DNA of 64,000 bases from Bdellovibrionota bacterium (lineage in GTDB: Bacteria; Bdellovibrionota_C; UBA2361; CAKMMH01). The notes beneath the pieces were generated by a model. That model did no database searches and was not told the DNA's origin. It saw only the letters and a program-made list of their open reading frames with translations. Location: contig JBMNLI010000017.1 of NCBI GenBank assembly GCA_050952645.1, positions 96,001-160,000 of the forward strand, written 5' to 3'. Positions 1 through 10,723 of the stretch are shown here, in pieces (position 1 is the stretch's first letter; every line of letters starts with the position of its first letter). A program made the translations under genes and the position numbers.

Positions 1-1184
1 GTAGTTTCTAGTTCTTCTTTTCTAGTTTCATCTTCTAGTTTATTTTCTAGTTTATTTTCTAGTTTATTTTTTATATCATTAAGATTTGGTTCTAGATTTA
101 ATTTAAGATTTGCTTGAAGATTTGCTTGCGTGTAAGCTATAAAATCTTTTGCAGTATTATCCCAATTAAATCTTTTAGGGTAATTTTGAGAAGCGTAATT
201 AGAAAATCTTATTAGCTTTTCTTTATCTGAAAGTAGCTCATCTAACGCATCATAAAGAGCTTCTACTGAAACTCGTTTTACTATCTTTCCACTTTTCCCA
301 TCTTCTACGCATTCTTTTATTCCTCCTACATCAAAGCCTACTACTGGGCAACCGCTCACTTGCGCCTCTACGGCGGTTAATGGGAAGGAGTCGAATTGTC
401 TAGATGGAATTACGCAAATGCCTGCTTCTTTCATAGCATTAGATACCACTTCTTGTGAAACAGCGCCATGGAATTTTATAGATGGAACTATTTTCACAAT
501 TTCTTTTTTATCGAGAAACTCTTCTTGTCCCCAAAGTTTTGCAGAACCGTAAATATCTAGCGATAAGTCTTTATGCTTTGAAACTAAATTAGCATAAGCT
601 TGAATTAGTATATCTACCCCTTTATGTGGAACTAAAGCACCAACAAAAATAAGTTTCTTAAAATTTCTCTTATCTATATCTCCTACCGTAAATCTTTCTA
701 AATCTGCTCCGTTGTAAATTACTTTTATTTTTTTCCCGTCGCCTCCCCCGTTTATTATCATCTGTTTTTGAGCTTTGCTTACACAAATAATTCCATCACA
801 TAATCTTGAAAGAATTTCAGGTTTAACACCAAAGGCTGCACTAGATGGGTCGTGGCATATTAAAAATCTTCCTAAACAATTAGGCTCGTTTTTTGCTAAA
901 AGGATAGGAAATGCTCTAGAAGCCGCTAGCAAAATATATTTTCCGAGAGTTTTTGCTCTTTTCAAGATTTTTTCTATATCGTAATCTTCACCAAAATCCC
1001 AAAACTCTACTCCACCTCTAATGCATTCTTTAGAGTCTGGCAAATAAGCACAAAGCACTACTCTCGCTCCTTGTTTTGCTAGGGCGCTAGCTAGTTTAAG
1101 CGTTGCAACTACAGTGCCGCTATTTTGCCCAACTAAATAAAGTGGGTGGTCGGAATGAAAAAATAGGTATGTCATACTATTCAT
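1..1184 (-). CDS. Glycosyltransferase family 4 protein (runs off window edge)
   Basis: Manual translation from ATG 1184 gives FVGALVPHKGVDILIQAY and PSRQFDSFPLTAVEAQVSGCPVVGFDVGGIKECVEDG (GT-B/GT4 motifs); no stop before position 1. Confidence 0.85.
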   Translation of the reverse strand, partial: MNSMTYLFFHSDHPLYLVGQNSGTVVATLKLASALAKQGARVVLCAYLPDSKECIRGGVEFWDFGEDYDIEKILKRAKTLGKYILLAASRAFPILLAKNEPNCLGRFLICHDPSSAAFGVKPEILSRLCDGIICVSKAQKQMIINGGGDGKKIKVIYNGADLERFTVGDIDKRNFKKLIFVGALVPHKGVDILIQAYANLVSKHKDLSLDIYGSAKLWGQEEFLDKKEIVKIVPSIKFHGAVSQEVVSNAMKEAGICVIPSRQFDSFPLTAVEAQVSGCPVVGFDVGGIKECVEDGKSGKIVKRVSVEALYDALDELLSDKEKLIRFSNYASQNYPKRFNWDNTAKDFIAYTQANLQANLKLNLEPNLNDIKNKLENKLENKLEDETRKEELET

Positions 1185-1313
1185 TTAATAATTTTTTCCA
1201 AAAACAAAAATAAAAGCATCTTTGTAATATGATGATAAAAACGCTTATTCGATTTAAGAAAAAACTAGTTTTTTTAATGTAAACTTATAGTTTTTTAATA
1301 AATTTAAAGATAA

Positions 1314-1375
1314 CTTTAAGATTAAACTTTAAGATTAAGCTTTAAGATTAAGCTTTAACATTAAGCTTTAAGATT
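1314..1375. repeat. 13-bp tandem repeat (CTTTAAGATTAAG) x~5
   Basis: Directly visible; a 15-bp x3 repeat (CTTTAGTATCTAGAA) follows at 1466-1510. Confidence 0.9.
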
Positions 1376-1600
1376 GAAACTAAAAGATAGATATAAAAAT
1401 TAAAAAAAAATTATATTAAAAAAACACAATAATTTTAATATGTTAAGATGCCACTTAAAGATAAGCTTTAGTATCTAGAACTTTAATGTCTAGAACTTTA
1501 GTATCTAAAAGCATGGGGGGACAAGTCTTAAAAAGGAAGTTAAAAGACGTAAAAATAAATAAACTTGAAAATTATTTAAAAAACCTTAAAATCTTAATTT

Positions 1601-2197
1601 ATGGCAAACTATGATAGAAAAGATAGTTATTATTTAAAAGCAAAAGAAGATGGGTATCGCTCAAGAGCTTCTTATAAGCTACTAGAAATAAACGAGAAAT
1701 TTAAAATTTTTAAAAAAGACTCCTACGTGTTAGACCTTGGCTCTTGGCCTGGTGGGTGGCTTCAAGTAGCAAAAAAGCTCTCTCCTAAAGGCTTTATTGC
1801 AGGAATTGATTTAGTAGAAATTGAGCCTATTAAAGGGGTTTACACTACTATAGGCGATGCTAGCGATGATGAAAAAATAAATGAAATTCTAAAAAAAGCT
1901 AATGGTCTTTTCGATATCGTTTTATCGGATATGGCAGCAAAACTTACTGGCATTAAAGCTACAGACGATGTGGCGGCTGCTGGAATTTTAGAACTTGCTC
2001 TTTTTGTAATGCAGAAAACTTTAAAACAAAACGGTATTTTCGTAGCAAAAGTTTTTAAGTGTGGGGAGATTGATACTGTAATTAAGGAAGCTAGAAAGCT
2101 TTTTAGAACGATAAAAAGAGTGGAATTAAAATCTTCTAGGAAGACCTCGAATGAATTTTATATTATATGTTTTGATTATAAGGCAAATAATATATAA
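1601..2197 (+). CDS. rlmE: 23S rRNA U2552 2'-O-methyltransferase RlmE/FtsJ
   Basis: GYRSRASYKL, DLGSWPGGW, LSDMA, SSRKTSNEFY motifs. Confidence 0.95.
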   Translation: MANYDRKDSYYLKAKEDGYRSRASYKLLEINEKFKIFKKDSYVLDLGSWPGGWLQVAKKLSPKGFIAGIDLVEIEPIKGVYTTIGDASDDEKINEILKKANGLFDIVLSDMAAKLTGIKATDDVAAAGILELALFVMQKTLKQNGIFVAKVFKCGEIDTVIKEARKLFRTIKRVELKSSRKTSNEFYIICFDYKANNI

Positions 2198-2283
2198 TAG
2201 ATAGATATTGCTTAAAAAAAATTAAAAATTTAAAAAATTAAAAATTTAAAAAATATTGTGATCACTTTCAAAAGATAGAAAAA

Positions 2284-3084
2284 ATGTTTTTAAATACTTT
2301 TATTAACCGTATAGAAAGACTAGGAAGGGCTACTATTAAACTCCTTGGAAATTTTGGAGCTTCTTGCATATTTGTTTTTAAAGGTTGGTTTCAAGTTTTC
2401 GTTCCACCTTTTAGACCTCATCTTATAATGGTTCAAATATTACAAATCGGAGTAAACTCTACTCTAGTTATAGCTCTTATCGGTTTTTTTACTGGCGCCG
2501 TGCTTGCAGTGCAAGGAGAATACGTTCTTAGCCAGTTTGGTGTTGCGGCTTATACTGGCTCTATGGTAGCCTTAAGCTTAATAAGAGAGCTAGGTCCCGT
2601 GCTTACTGCGCTTATGGTTATCGGGCGTGCAGGTTCTGCAATGACCGCAGAGCTTGGCATAATGAGAATTACGGAACAAATCGATGCTTTAAAATCTATG
2701 GCGGTAGACCCTATAAAATATTTAATCTCTCCTAGGTTGCTTGCAGGGATAATATCCGTTCCTCTATTAACTATTATATTTATAGTCGTAGGAATTTTTG
2801 GAGGATACGTAGTTAGCATCGGGATTTTAGGATTAAGCTCTGGAACGTTTATCGCAAGGATGCAATCTTCCGTTAAAATGGTTGATTTATATTCTGGTTT
2901 TATAAAATCTATAGTGTTTGGTTTTATCTTTGGTTGGGTAAGCGCTTACCAAGGGTATACTTGTGGCTTTGGAGCTGTTGGGGTAAATAAGGCTACTACT
3001 AGAGCGGTAGTTACTGCATCGGTAGCAATATTAGTAGTCGATTATTTTCTAGCTAGCATTTTAACTAGAGTATTTTTAGGATAG
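2284..3084 (+). CDS. mlaE: Mla ABC transporter permease
   Basis: RELGPVLTALMVIGRAGSAMTAELG...EQIDAL signature; operon context. Confidence 0.95.
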   Translation: MFLNTFINRIERLGRATIKLLGNFGASCIFVFKGWFQVFVPPFRPHLIMVQILQIGVNSTLVIALIGFFTGAVLAVQGEYVLSQFGVAAYTGSMVALSLIRELGPVLTALMVIGRAGSAMTAELGIMRITEQIDALKSMAVDPIKYLISPRLLAGIISVPLLTIIFIVVGIFGGYVVSIGILGLSSGTFIARMQSSVKMVDLYSGFIKSIVFGFIFGWVSAYQGYTCGFGAVGVNKATTRAVVTASVAILVVDYFLASILTRVFLG

Positions 3085-3204
3085 TTAATTTAAGTTTATA
3101 TTTTTATAAGTTTGTATTAAATAATTTACAAAACAAAAAATAAAAAAACAAAGATTAAAAGAAAAAGATAAAAACAAAGATAAAAAAAGGCAGAGTAAGT
3201 TAAG

Positions 3205-3954
3205 TTGATTTCGATAAGAAATATAACAAAGAGTTTTGGAAAGCAGTTAGTTTTAAATAATATTTCGCTTGAGATAGAGCATGGAGAAATAGTCGCTATC
3301 GTAGGACCTAGTGGAGTTGGAAAGTCTGTGCTTTTAAAGTTGATTACTGGAATTTTAACTCCTGATAGTGGAGATATTATTATTTACGGAGAAAATATTA
3401 CTAAGGCTAAAACTGAATTTAAGAAGAATCAAATAAGGAGTAATTTAGGAGTGCTTTTTCAATCTGCCGCTTTATTTGATTCGCTAAATATTTACGATAA
3501 TGTTGCTTTTCCACTTAATGCGAGAACTAATCTTAACGAAAAGCAAATCCATAAGCGAGTACTTAGAATGTTAAGAAATTTAGATATCGAAAAGTATGCA
3601 TTAAAAACCCCTGGGAAAGTTCCTATGGGGATTAGAAAAAGGGCTGGAATGGCTAGGGCTTTAATAACGGAGCCTAAGCTTATTTTATTTGATGAACCTA
3701 ACACGGGGCTAGACCCGCTAGTTGGGCAAGAAGTTTACAATCTTATAAAAGAGTGTCATCAAAAGTGGAATTTTACTGGAATAGTAATTAGCCATGAAAT
3801 TCCAGAGGTTTTTCAAGTATCAAATAGAGTTGCCATGTTATTAAATGGCGAAATTTTAGAAGATGGAACGCCTGATGAGTTGCTACATTCTGAAAATGAA
3901 GCAGTTAGGCAATTTTTAAATGGGAATACACATGGACCAATCAAAATCAACTAA
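3205..3954 (+). CDS. mlaF: Mla ABC transporter ATP-binding subunit
   Basis: Walker A GPSGVGKS, FQSAALFDSL, DEPNTGLDP; lies between mlaE and mlaD. Confidence 0.92.
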   Translation: MISIRNITKSFGKQLVLNNISLEIEHGEIVAIVGPSGVGKSVLLKLITGILTPDSGDIIIYGENITKAKTEFKKNQIRSNLGVLFQSAALFDSLNIYDNVAFPLNARTNLNEKQIHKRVLRMLRNLDIEKYALKTPGKVPMGIRKRAGMARALITEPKLILFDEPNTGLDPLVGQEVYNLIKECHQKWNFTGIVISHEIPEVFQVSNRVAMLLNGEILEDGTPDELLHSENEAVRQFLNGNTHGPIKIN

Positions 3955-4480
3955 ACAAAAAGAAAATAAAATTCCTAGACGAACTTTTACAACTGAAGTT
4001 TGGGTGGGGTTTTTCGTGCTAATTTCATTAATAGGCGCTGGCTACTTATCACTAGGGCTTGGTGGCATGGAGTTAGCCTCTAGCAAGTATTACAAAGTAT
4101 ATGCAGAGTTTGATAATATTTCAGGACTTAACCAAGGAGCTTCAGTCGAGATTGCTGGAGTTCCTATCGGGAGTGTTGAAAATATATCTTTAGATGATGC
4201 TATCGCAATAGTCGAGTTAAAAATAGATAAAGATATAAAAATTAGAGAAGATGATATTGCAACTATTAGAACTAAGGGAATTATAGGCGATAGGTTTGTA
4301 AAAATTTCTAGGGGAGCTAGCGATGATTACGTAAAACCGGGGGATACTATATTTAACACCGAGTCTATAGTCGACTTTGAAGATTTAATAGGAAAAATCA
4401 TCCACTCTGTAACTAGTGGTGATGATGATAAGGGTAGTGATAAAGATAATAGTAAAGGGAGTAATAAAGATAAAAAATAA
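3920..4480 (+). CDS. mlaD: MCE-domain lipid asymmetry protein MlaD
   Basis: N-terminal TM segment, AEFDNISGL..GASVEIAGVPIG.V, IRTKGIIGD. Confidence 0.92.
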   Translation: MGIHMDQSKSTKQKENKIPRRTFTTEVWVGFFVLISLIGAGYLSLGLGGMELASSKYYKVYAEFDNISGLNQGASVEIAGVPIGSVENISLDDAIAIVELKIDKDIKIREDDIATIRTKGIIGDRFVKISRGASDDYVKPGDTIFNTESIVDFEDLIGKIIHSVTSGDDDKGSDKDNSKGSNKDKK

Positions 4481-4520
4481 TAAAAAAAACAATTTAAATA
4501 ATTTATTGGAGATAAAGATA

Positions 4521-5153
4521 ATGCAAATGGTAAAAAAAATAGAAACAAAAAATACTATACAAAATATAATAAAAATTTTTTTAGTTTTAATATTATTTTC
4601 TTTAATGCCGTCTATAGCTTTTTCACAAAACTCGCCTTTAGAGGTTGTAAAGATAACCGTTGATAAAATTATAGTAGCGGTAGAAACTTATCCTTCAAAA
4701 GAAGAGACTGATATAAGGCGAAAAACGATAAGAAAGATAATAGAGCCAGCTTTTAACTTTGAAGCGATGGCAAAACTTTCCCTTGGGCATAATTGGAAAG
4801 ATACTAATGAAACGGAGCAAAAAGAGTACGTCGCTTTATTTTCAGATCTTTTAGCTACTACTTATTTAAAGAAGATAGATCTAATAAAAAAAGATACCGT
4901 TATCTTTAAAGGGCATCGAGAAAGGCAAGACCAAGCTTTAGTTAAAACTGATATAAATTACAATAACGACCAATTTCCCATAGTTTACAAGATGAGAAAA
5001 GAACTAGACGGCAAATGGAGAGTTCACGACATATCGATTGAAAATATTAGTTTAGTATCTAATTATAGGAGTGAGTTTGCAGGAATAGTTAGAAAAGATG
5101 GCATAGCTGGTTTAATCGAGCAATTAAAAAATAAAGTTAAAAAGGAAGAATAA
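4521..5153 (+). CDS. mlaC: Phospholipid-binding periplasmic protein MlaC/Ttg2D
   Basis: Signal peptide, FNFEAMAKLSLG.NW, WRVHDISIENISLVSNYRSEF; start moved to ATG 4521 (GGAG RBS upstream). Confidence 0.9.
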   Translation: MQMVKKIETKNTIQNIIKIFLVLILFSLMPSIAFSQNSPLEVVKITVDKIIVAVETYPSKEETDIRRKTIRKIIEPAFNFEAMAKLSLGHNWKDTNETEQKEYVALFSDLLATTYLKKIDLIKKDTVIFKGHRERQDQALVKTDINYNNDQFPIVYKMRKELDGKWRVHDISIENISLVSNYRSEFAGIVRKDGIAGLIEQLKNKVKKEE

Positions 5154-5208
5154 GTAAAAATAAGTAAAAATAAGATAATTTAAAATATTAAAATAGAGAA
5201 AAGCAATT

Positions 5209-6045
5209 ATGGATATTACTCAAGTTATTTTTATAATTTTATTCGGTTTAATTATAGGAAGCTTTTTATCTGTATGTATTTTTAGGCTTCCCATAGGTAG
5301 GTTTGATGCGTTAGATGATGATGGGGAAGCCGTGCCAAGCGATAAAGAAAAGATGTCTATATTTTATCCTACTAGGTCTTTTTGTCCTAGTTGCAAAAAT
5401 AATTTAAGGTGGTATCACAACATCCCTGTTTTAAGTTGGTTAGTATTAAGGGGTAAGTGTTCATTTTGCAAAACTAAAATTTCTTTTCGTTATCCGTTAG
5501 TAGAAATTATTAGTGCTATTTTTGCATTTTTATCTTTTTATTTTTATGGTGCTACCTTAGAGGGGTTTATTATATATGCGTTTTGTGCCGTGCTTATCGT
5601 GTTATCGTTTATCGATATAGATTATTTTATTTTACCGAATATTATTACTTATCCTGTAAGTATTATAGGTATAATTTTAGTATCGTTTAATCATTTTTTT
5701 CATTTTTTAAATTTTCCTTTTTGTGGTAGTTTTAAATGTCTCTTTCTTGGGCTTTTAGGAGCATTATTTTTATATTTAATCGGGGCACTTCATGGTTTTA
5801 TAAGAAAAAAAGAGGGTTTAGGCTTTGGAGATATTAAGCTACTTATAATGATTGGAGTATTTTTTGGTCTTCCTTCGTCTTTTTATACTATATTTTTAGG
5901 CTCTATATTAGCTATTATCGGCACTATAATTATCGCAATTTTTAAAAAAAACTCTCTTTCTGAACCACTTCCTTTTGGCCCATATTTAAGTTTAGGCTGT
6001 GTTTTATATTTGTTTTATTTTAGTTTTAGCACAATAGCTTTTTAA
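5209..6045 (+). CDS. pilD: Prepilin peptidase/N-methyltransferase (A24A)
   Basis: GSFL.VCI.RLP, two CxxC pairs, IDIDY and GFGDIKL aspartate motifs, LPFGPYL. Confidence 0.95.
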   Translation: MDITQVIFIILFGLIIGSFLSVCIFRLPIGRFDALDDDGEAVPSDKEKMSIFYPTRSFCPSCKNNLRWYHNIPVLSWLVLRGKCSFCKTKISFRYPLVEIISAIFAFLSFYFYGATLEGFIIYAFCAVLIVLSFIDIDYFILPNIITYPVSIIGIILVSFNHFFHFLNFPFCGSFKCLFLGLLGALFLYLIGALHGFIRKKEGLGFGDIKLLIMIGVFFGLPSSFYTIFLGSILAIIGTIIIAIFKKNSLSEPLPFGPYLSLGCVLYLFYFSFSTIAF

Positions 6046-6074
6046 GAATTGAAAATTAAGAGAATAGATGTTTT

Positions 6075-6473
6075 TTAAAAATGCGACCTCGAATCTCTTT
6101 TAAAAACTGCCTCTAATTCAAAGACTTCTCCAAGCTTGGGCTCTGAGCCTTCTAAATTAAACTCACGATTTCCCCGTGCTTTTTTAATTCTCGTATCAGT
6201 AGACTCGATTCTTTTATAAGCCCCTAGCATTCTATCATAAGCTCGCTCCATTATATTATGTTTAGAATGTAGCCTAACAAAATTCTTACCTTCAAATCCT
6301 TTAACATAAGGAGTAAGATTTAAAGCCTCCTTACTAAGCGATTCTTTAGTAAATATCACTTTACTTGCGCTAATTATTCGAGGAGCGTTCCTAAAAGCGT
6401 TTAAAATGCTTTGCCTATAAATGCGAATACAACAATCCCCTTCCTCTTTAATACAGTAATGCTTACCCTGCAT
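6075..6473 (-). CDS. Hypothetical protein
   Basis: Open frame; ATG at 6473 preceded by AGGAG; no recognisable motif. Confidence 0.55.
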   Translation of the reverse strand: MQGKHYCIKEEGDCCIRIYRQSILNAFRNAPRIISASKVIFTKESLSKEALNLTPYVKGFEGKNFVRLHSKHNIMERAYDRMLGAYKRIESTDTRIKKARGNREFNLEGSEPKLGEVFELEAVFKRDSRSHF

Positions 6474-6700
6474 CTTTCTATCTCCTATAACTACGTAAAG
6501 TAGCAACAAGGTTTTTGTTTGAACCAATATTTAGCGTTAAACTAAATATACAACGGTCGATTCGAGATAGACAAACAGCATTATAAAAACAAACACGCCT
6601 TAAGTCAAGCACGCTTTAAATTGCAGCCCCCCCGACCTTCCTTATAAATTACCAATTACACATTACTCCCTAAATTTTATTGATATAACAATTTAAATTT

Positions 6701-6899
6701 AAACTTTCCCTTGTTTTACGCATAAAATTTAATTTAAACTTTATAACCTACTCAAAATAATTAAAAAAATTAAGAAACACTCACATAAATTATTAAAAAT
6801 AGCAAACGTAAATACGTTCCCTTAAGAAACAACAAATACTAGCCTTAGGCTAAGTTTTAGCTCTTAAAAACATAGCATACGTATAACAAGAAAAAGTTT
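6701..6899 (+). mobile_element. MITE family B (IS1634-end-derived), copy 1
   Basis: Ends AAACTTTCCCTTGTTTTACGCAT and ATACGTATAACAAGAAAAAGTTT are inverted repeats and resemble the IS1634-like ends at ~23363 and ~22555; first ~115 bp similar to 40941-41070. Confidence 0.65.
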
Positions 6900-6991
6900 G
6901 TGTTTAAAAATAAGTAAAAAAAACGTTTATATAAATTGTTAAAACTATATACTTAAAATTTGAATTTGATTTTTGAACTTTTTTTGAAATT

Positions 6992-7888
6992 TTAATAATT
7001 CTCTTTTTCTTTCTCTACCTGCATCTTTGTGTTAGCACAAAGCAAATCTAAGTCTTTCTTATACGTGTTTTTATTAAAACCTAGCGCTCTAGCTAAAAGC
7101 GTTATTTCTTTTAAATCCACCTTATACCCCTCTGGGCTACCTATGGCTACCTTATGTGCTAATAAGCTTGATAATCTAATAAGCACAGTTTTTTCAGACT
7201 GTATATCGGTAAAAGACATCACCTCATAAGGGTCTAAATAATGCAAAATTACATAACACGTTTCAAGAGGAAAATTCCATTTTTTAGCGACTAACGCCCC
7301 TACTAGTGCATGAGTAAAACCAAAAACTTTTTGCTCCGCCTCTAAATATGATAGCGACTTTTGCTTTATTAGATCTATAACTTTTAAATAACTTTCCTTA
7401 GTGCTTTCTAAATTTAAAAGCGCTAGTTGCCCTAAGGAGTGAAGCATTCCATAAAGAAAAACCTCATCTTCATAAGACTTTTTTAGTGCTTCAGCTATAT
7501 TAGTCGCAAATGTAGCGGTAGCGATGCTATGCTCCCAAACTCGTTCTTGCACTATCGACATATCTTCATACATTTTTCTAACCGATGCCGCATAAATAAT
7601 TCCCTTTAAAGCTTTGTAGCCTATAAGCACGGTAGCATCTTTTATATTACCAATTTCTCTTTGCCTAGAAAATAATGCACTGTTTGCTATTTTTAAAATT
7701 CTTCCTACTAACGCCGTATCTTTAGATAAAATTTCACTTAACTGAACACTTGAAACATTTTCATTATTTAATAACGTGATAGCCTTAAGAGCAACATCTG
7801 GCATTAAAGGAAGATCCTCTGTTAAAGCGACAACCTCTTTCCAATGGCATTCACTTAGTTGTTTATCAAAAACTTTAGCACTTTTCAT
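6992..7888 (-). CDS. HDOD domain protein
   Basis: LPLMPDVA, D.AL..RILKIANSA, WEHS, GMLHSLG, THALVGA..A.KWNFP. Confidence 0.92.
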   Translation of the reverse strand: MKSAKVFDKQLSECHWKEVVALTEDLPLMPDVALKAITLLNNENVSSVQLSEILSKDTALVGRILKIANSALFSRQREIGNIKDATVLIGYKALKGIIYAASVRKMYEDMSIVQERVWEHSIATATFATNIAEALKKSYEDEVFLYGMLHSLGQLALLNLESTKESYLKVIDLIKQKSLSYLEAEQKVFGFTHALVGALVAKKWNFPLETCYVILHYLDPYEVMSFTDIQSEKTVLIRLSSLLAHKVAIGSPEGYKVDLKEITLLARALGFNKNTYKKDLDLLCANTKMQVEKEKENY

Positions 7889-7999
7889 ATAGTATTTGAG
7901 AAAAATTATATACTAAAAACAAAAACCTATATGGAATTATCGTAATAAGAATAAAAAAACTTTAAATTAAAGATTTGATAATTTAAACGTAAAAAATAA

Positions 8000-8047
8000 G
8001 ACTCTTCACGTTTTCAAGATGGTTTAAGAGTAAATAGATTGCTTAAA
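8000..8047 (+). mobile_element. MITE family A, left-end fragment
   Basis: GACTCTTCACGTTTT...GCTTAAA resembles the left end of full copies at 20391 and 34228. Confidence 0.55.
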
Positions 8048-8393
8048 CTTTTTATACTACCTTCTGTCTCTCCTGCCTCTAACTTTTTAATCATCGATAA
8101 ACTTAAATTGGTCTTTTTGCTAACTCTGCTTGCGTAAACTTTCTAAACTCTCTAAATACTTTTATTTTATTTTCACCATCTAAAACAGCATTTACAACTT
8201 CAGATGGAAAAAGCTCTATTTTGCCTTTTAATATTTGAGACTCTATTTCTTTACATTCGGCAATATCTTGCATATCTTCTAGCTTTTCTATTAGCCTTTC
8301 ATAAATCTCTAAAGGAAGAAGTGCGAACTTCTCACCTTTGATTTTAAGAATTTGCACTTCATTTTTTATATTCAATCTTTTTTCTCTCCCCAT
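8014..8393 (-). pseudogene. XRE-family HTH antitoxin-like regulator, frameshifted and truncated
   Basis: YERLIE.LEDM.D...ELFPSEVV..VLDGENKIKVFREFRKFTQAELAK; the HTH continues in another frame (TNLSLSMIKKLEAGETEGSIKSL) after an A5 run at 8114-8118, then runs into the MITE fragment. Confidence 0.75.
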
Positions 8394-9647
8394 TTACGCA
8401 ATCTTAGGTAAAGCTATCGTATCGCCAGTGCTAAATTGGTAATCTTTAAAGATATGCTCAGCAGATAATAACTCAAGGGTATTGTCTATATTTCTTATAC
8501 TCGTTTCCTTTAACCTATACGCATACTGTCCGCAAGTCCAGCAAGTGTTCCTATAAAAATGATTACATATACACATTTTTTCTTTTATATGCTCTTTTAT
8601 CGGTTTTATAATTTTCTCTGAAACATGTTTTTTATAAGCTTCTAAATACTGACAAGTTCCCTCTTTTGAAAGCATAAAGCCAAAAAGCTCACACTGCGGA
8701 ATTAACTTTCCAGATATACAAGGACTGTTTCTTAACATTCTCATTAAATAGCCCGTAGGAGATAAGGTATTTACTACTACATCTTCCTCTTTTGCTTCAA
8801 AATACTTTTGCTTTACCTCATATGGAAGTGCACACTCTTTAGAAACTACAAACCTAGTAGCAACTTGCACTGCGCTAGCTCCAAGCCCTACGAAACGAAC
8901 TGCATCGCCCCCAGTGAAAATGCCTCCAGCTGCAATAAGAGGGATATCTAAAGATTCACTTTCAAGCATCTCTTTTACTTCTTTTAAAATATCTGCTAAA
9001 TCAAAATCTTTCCAATCCTCCTCAAAGCCTAAATGCCCCCCAGCAAGTGGGCCTTCTATAACTATATAATCGGGAAGCCTATTTGCTCTCCTTGCACTTC
9101 TTAAAAAAACTTTTAACGCTCTAGCACTAGAAACTATTATCCCAAGTTTTACATCTCTAAATCTTTCATGATCTTCGATTAAGCCTAAACTAGACATATG
9201 AACACCAGCAGAAAGCGTAATGCCATCTACACCAGCATCTAAGGCACCTCTTAGCCTTGCTTTTAAGCTTCCGATAGGGTCGCCCATAGTAAGCTTTTCC
9301 ATTATATTTACAAATATTCCTCCTTGCCCCTTTTTTCTTTCCATTACGCTAGAAATATACTGTTTTTGCGCTTTGTAAACCGTTTCTAAATCGAACTTTA
9401 CTTTTGATTTATCTAGAGATTCTCTATTTGATTTAAAAAGATTAAACTTATCTCTTAAATAAGTCGTTTTCAATTCTTTATCACAGACCGCTAGAGCCAT
9501 TGCATCGGAAATATGCCCAATACCTCCAAGTCTAGCTATTTCTAAGGCTAAATCTGCATTCGATATATTAACTCCCATGCCACCTAAGACTATAGGCACG
9601 TAAGAATCTTTTTGTAAAACTAATCTGTAATTATCTAACTTATCCAT
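8394..9647 (-). CDS. Nitronate monooxygenase/FabK-like flavin oxidoreductase
   Basis: PIVLGGMGV, IEGPLAGGHLG, PLIAAGGIF, AVQVATRF. Confidence 0.88.
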   Translation of the reverse strand: MDKLDNYRLVLQKDSYVPIVLGGMGVNISNADLALEIARLGGIGHISDAMALAVCDKELKTTYLRDKFNLFKSNRESLDKSKVKFDLETVYKAQKQYISSVMERKKGQGGIFVNIMEKLTMGDPIGSLKARLRGALDAGVDGITLSAGVHMSSLGLIEDHERFRDVKLGIIVSSARALKVFLRSARRANRLPDYIVIEGPLAGGHLGFEEDWKDFDLADILKEVKEMLESESLDIPLIAAGGIFTGGDAVRFVGLGASAVQVATRFVVSKECALPYEVKQKYFEAKEEDVVVNTLSPTGYLMRMLRNSPCISGKLIPQCELFGFMLSKEGTCQYLEAYKKHVSEKIIKPIKEHIKEKMCICNHFYRNTCWTCGQYAYRLKETSIRNIDNTLELLSAEHIFKDYQFSTGDTIALPKIA

Positions 9648-9773
9648 AGCGTCAAATTATAGCAAAAAATTTTTCTTTAATATAGATGTTTTCTACAATT
9701 TATATATATAAATTTATAAAAATTAGTCGCTAACCATTTAACAAAAAAGTAAATAAAGCATTTTAACTAAACA

Positions 9774-10568
9774 TTAAAGTGGGGACACAAACAGACCTAA
9801 TGCGACTGGAATTTTATCATTCCCCGGAACATACCTAGCATTTATATTGCTAACTATATTTGGAATTTTATTACTAATATATATTTGTGCAGAACCTCCA
9901 CCATCAAAATTAAGAGCGTCCTTGCAATTTATCTCATCGGATACTAAAATTTTTTTAAGATCATCTAAACTAACTCCAGAAAAAGTATCCATCGTAGAAA
10001 AAATAATTAAGCGATTTTGAGTATCTACACACACTCCTGAACGCTTGCTATTTTGAAACGAATTTTTCGTTTCTAATATCGCCCTATTAGCTACTAACCT
10101 AGGACCAGCTTGAACGGCCTCTAAAATAGAAGAGTAATCTACATTATTTCTCCCAGTTATTTTTATATTAGTCCTATTAGCTTGAAAAACACCAGTTAAC
10201 GTATTTCCGCCACGATGCATCTTATTAAAAACCTTTCCCCTATTAACTACAAGCCCTAAAGCCTTTCCGTATTCATCGAAAAAATTTGCATTTATCGCAA
10301 TTATAGCATTGCTTTTTAAAGCTAGCGACTTAACGTCCATGCTCTTTTTACCATACTCCTTAGCACGAATAACTTTCACTTGATAATTTTTTAAAGAAGT
10401 TCTAATAAACAATAGATTACTACCAAAAATAGGATTGCTCTTTACCGGTATCTCTTTCATTTCTAAATCGGGAGCTAAAAGAAACCAATCTTTAGCGTAT
10501 AAATCATCAACGCTAAACAATAGTAAAAAACATAAACATATTTTTAACAAAATAAAATTTTTATTCAT
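9774..10568 (-). CDS. Phosphodiester glycosidase (NAGPA-like) family secreted protein
   Basis: Signal peptide, AINANFF, QAGPRLV, ALNFDGGGS. Confidence 0.85.
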   Translation of the reverse strand: MNKNFILLKICLCFLLLFSVDDLYAKDWFLLAPDLEMKEIPVKSNPIFGSNLLFIRTSLKNYQVKVIRAKEYGKKSMDVKSLALKSNAIIAINANFFDEYGKALGLVVNRGKVFNKMHRGGNTLTGVFQANRTNIKITGRNNVDYSSILEAVQAGPRLVANRAILETKNSFQNSKRSGVCVDTQNRLIIFSTMDTFSGVSLDDLKKILVSDEINCKDALNFDGGGSAQIYISNKIPNIVSNINARYVPGNDKIPVALGLFVSPL

Positions 10569-10690
10569 AATATTTTTTCACCACTTATTTTTTTTACTTT
10601 ATTTTTACACGTTATTTTACGACTCTATTTTAACACTCTATTTTATCACCTTATTTCGCACTTTATTTTAACACTTTATTTTACCACTTT

Positions 10691-10723
10691 AAAAATCTTA
10701 CCGCCTTAAAACGTGAAAAAACT
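10691..10723 (+). mobile_element. MITE family A, right-end fragment
   Basis: CCTTAAAACGTGAAAAAACT matches the right TIR of the full copies. Confidence 0.55.

Noticed and set aside
4416..4520. Longer N-terminus for mlaC given by the ORF track
   Set aside because: It overlaps the mlaD repeat tail; ATG 4521 has an RBS and gives a more plausible leader.
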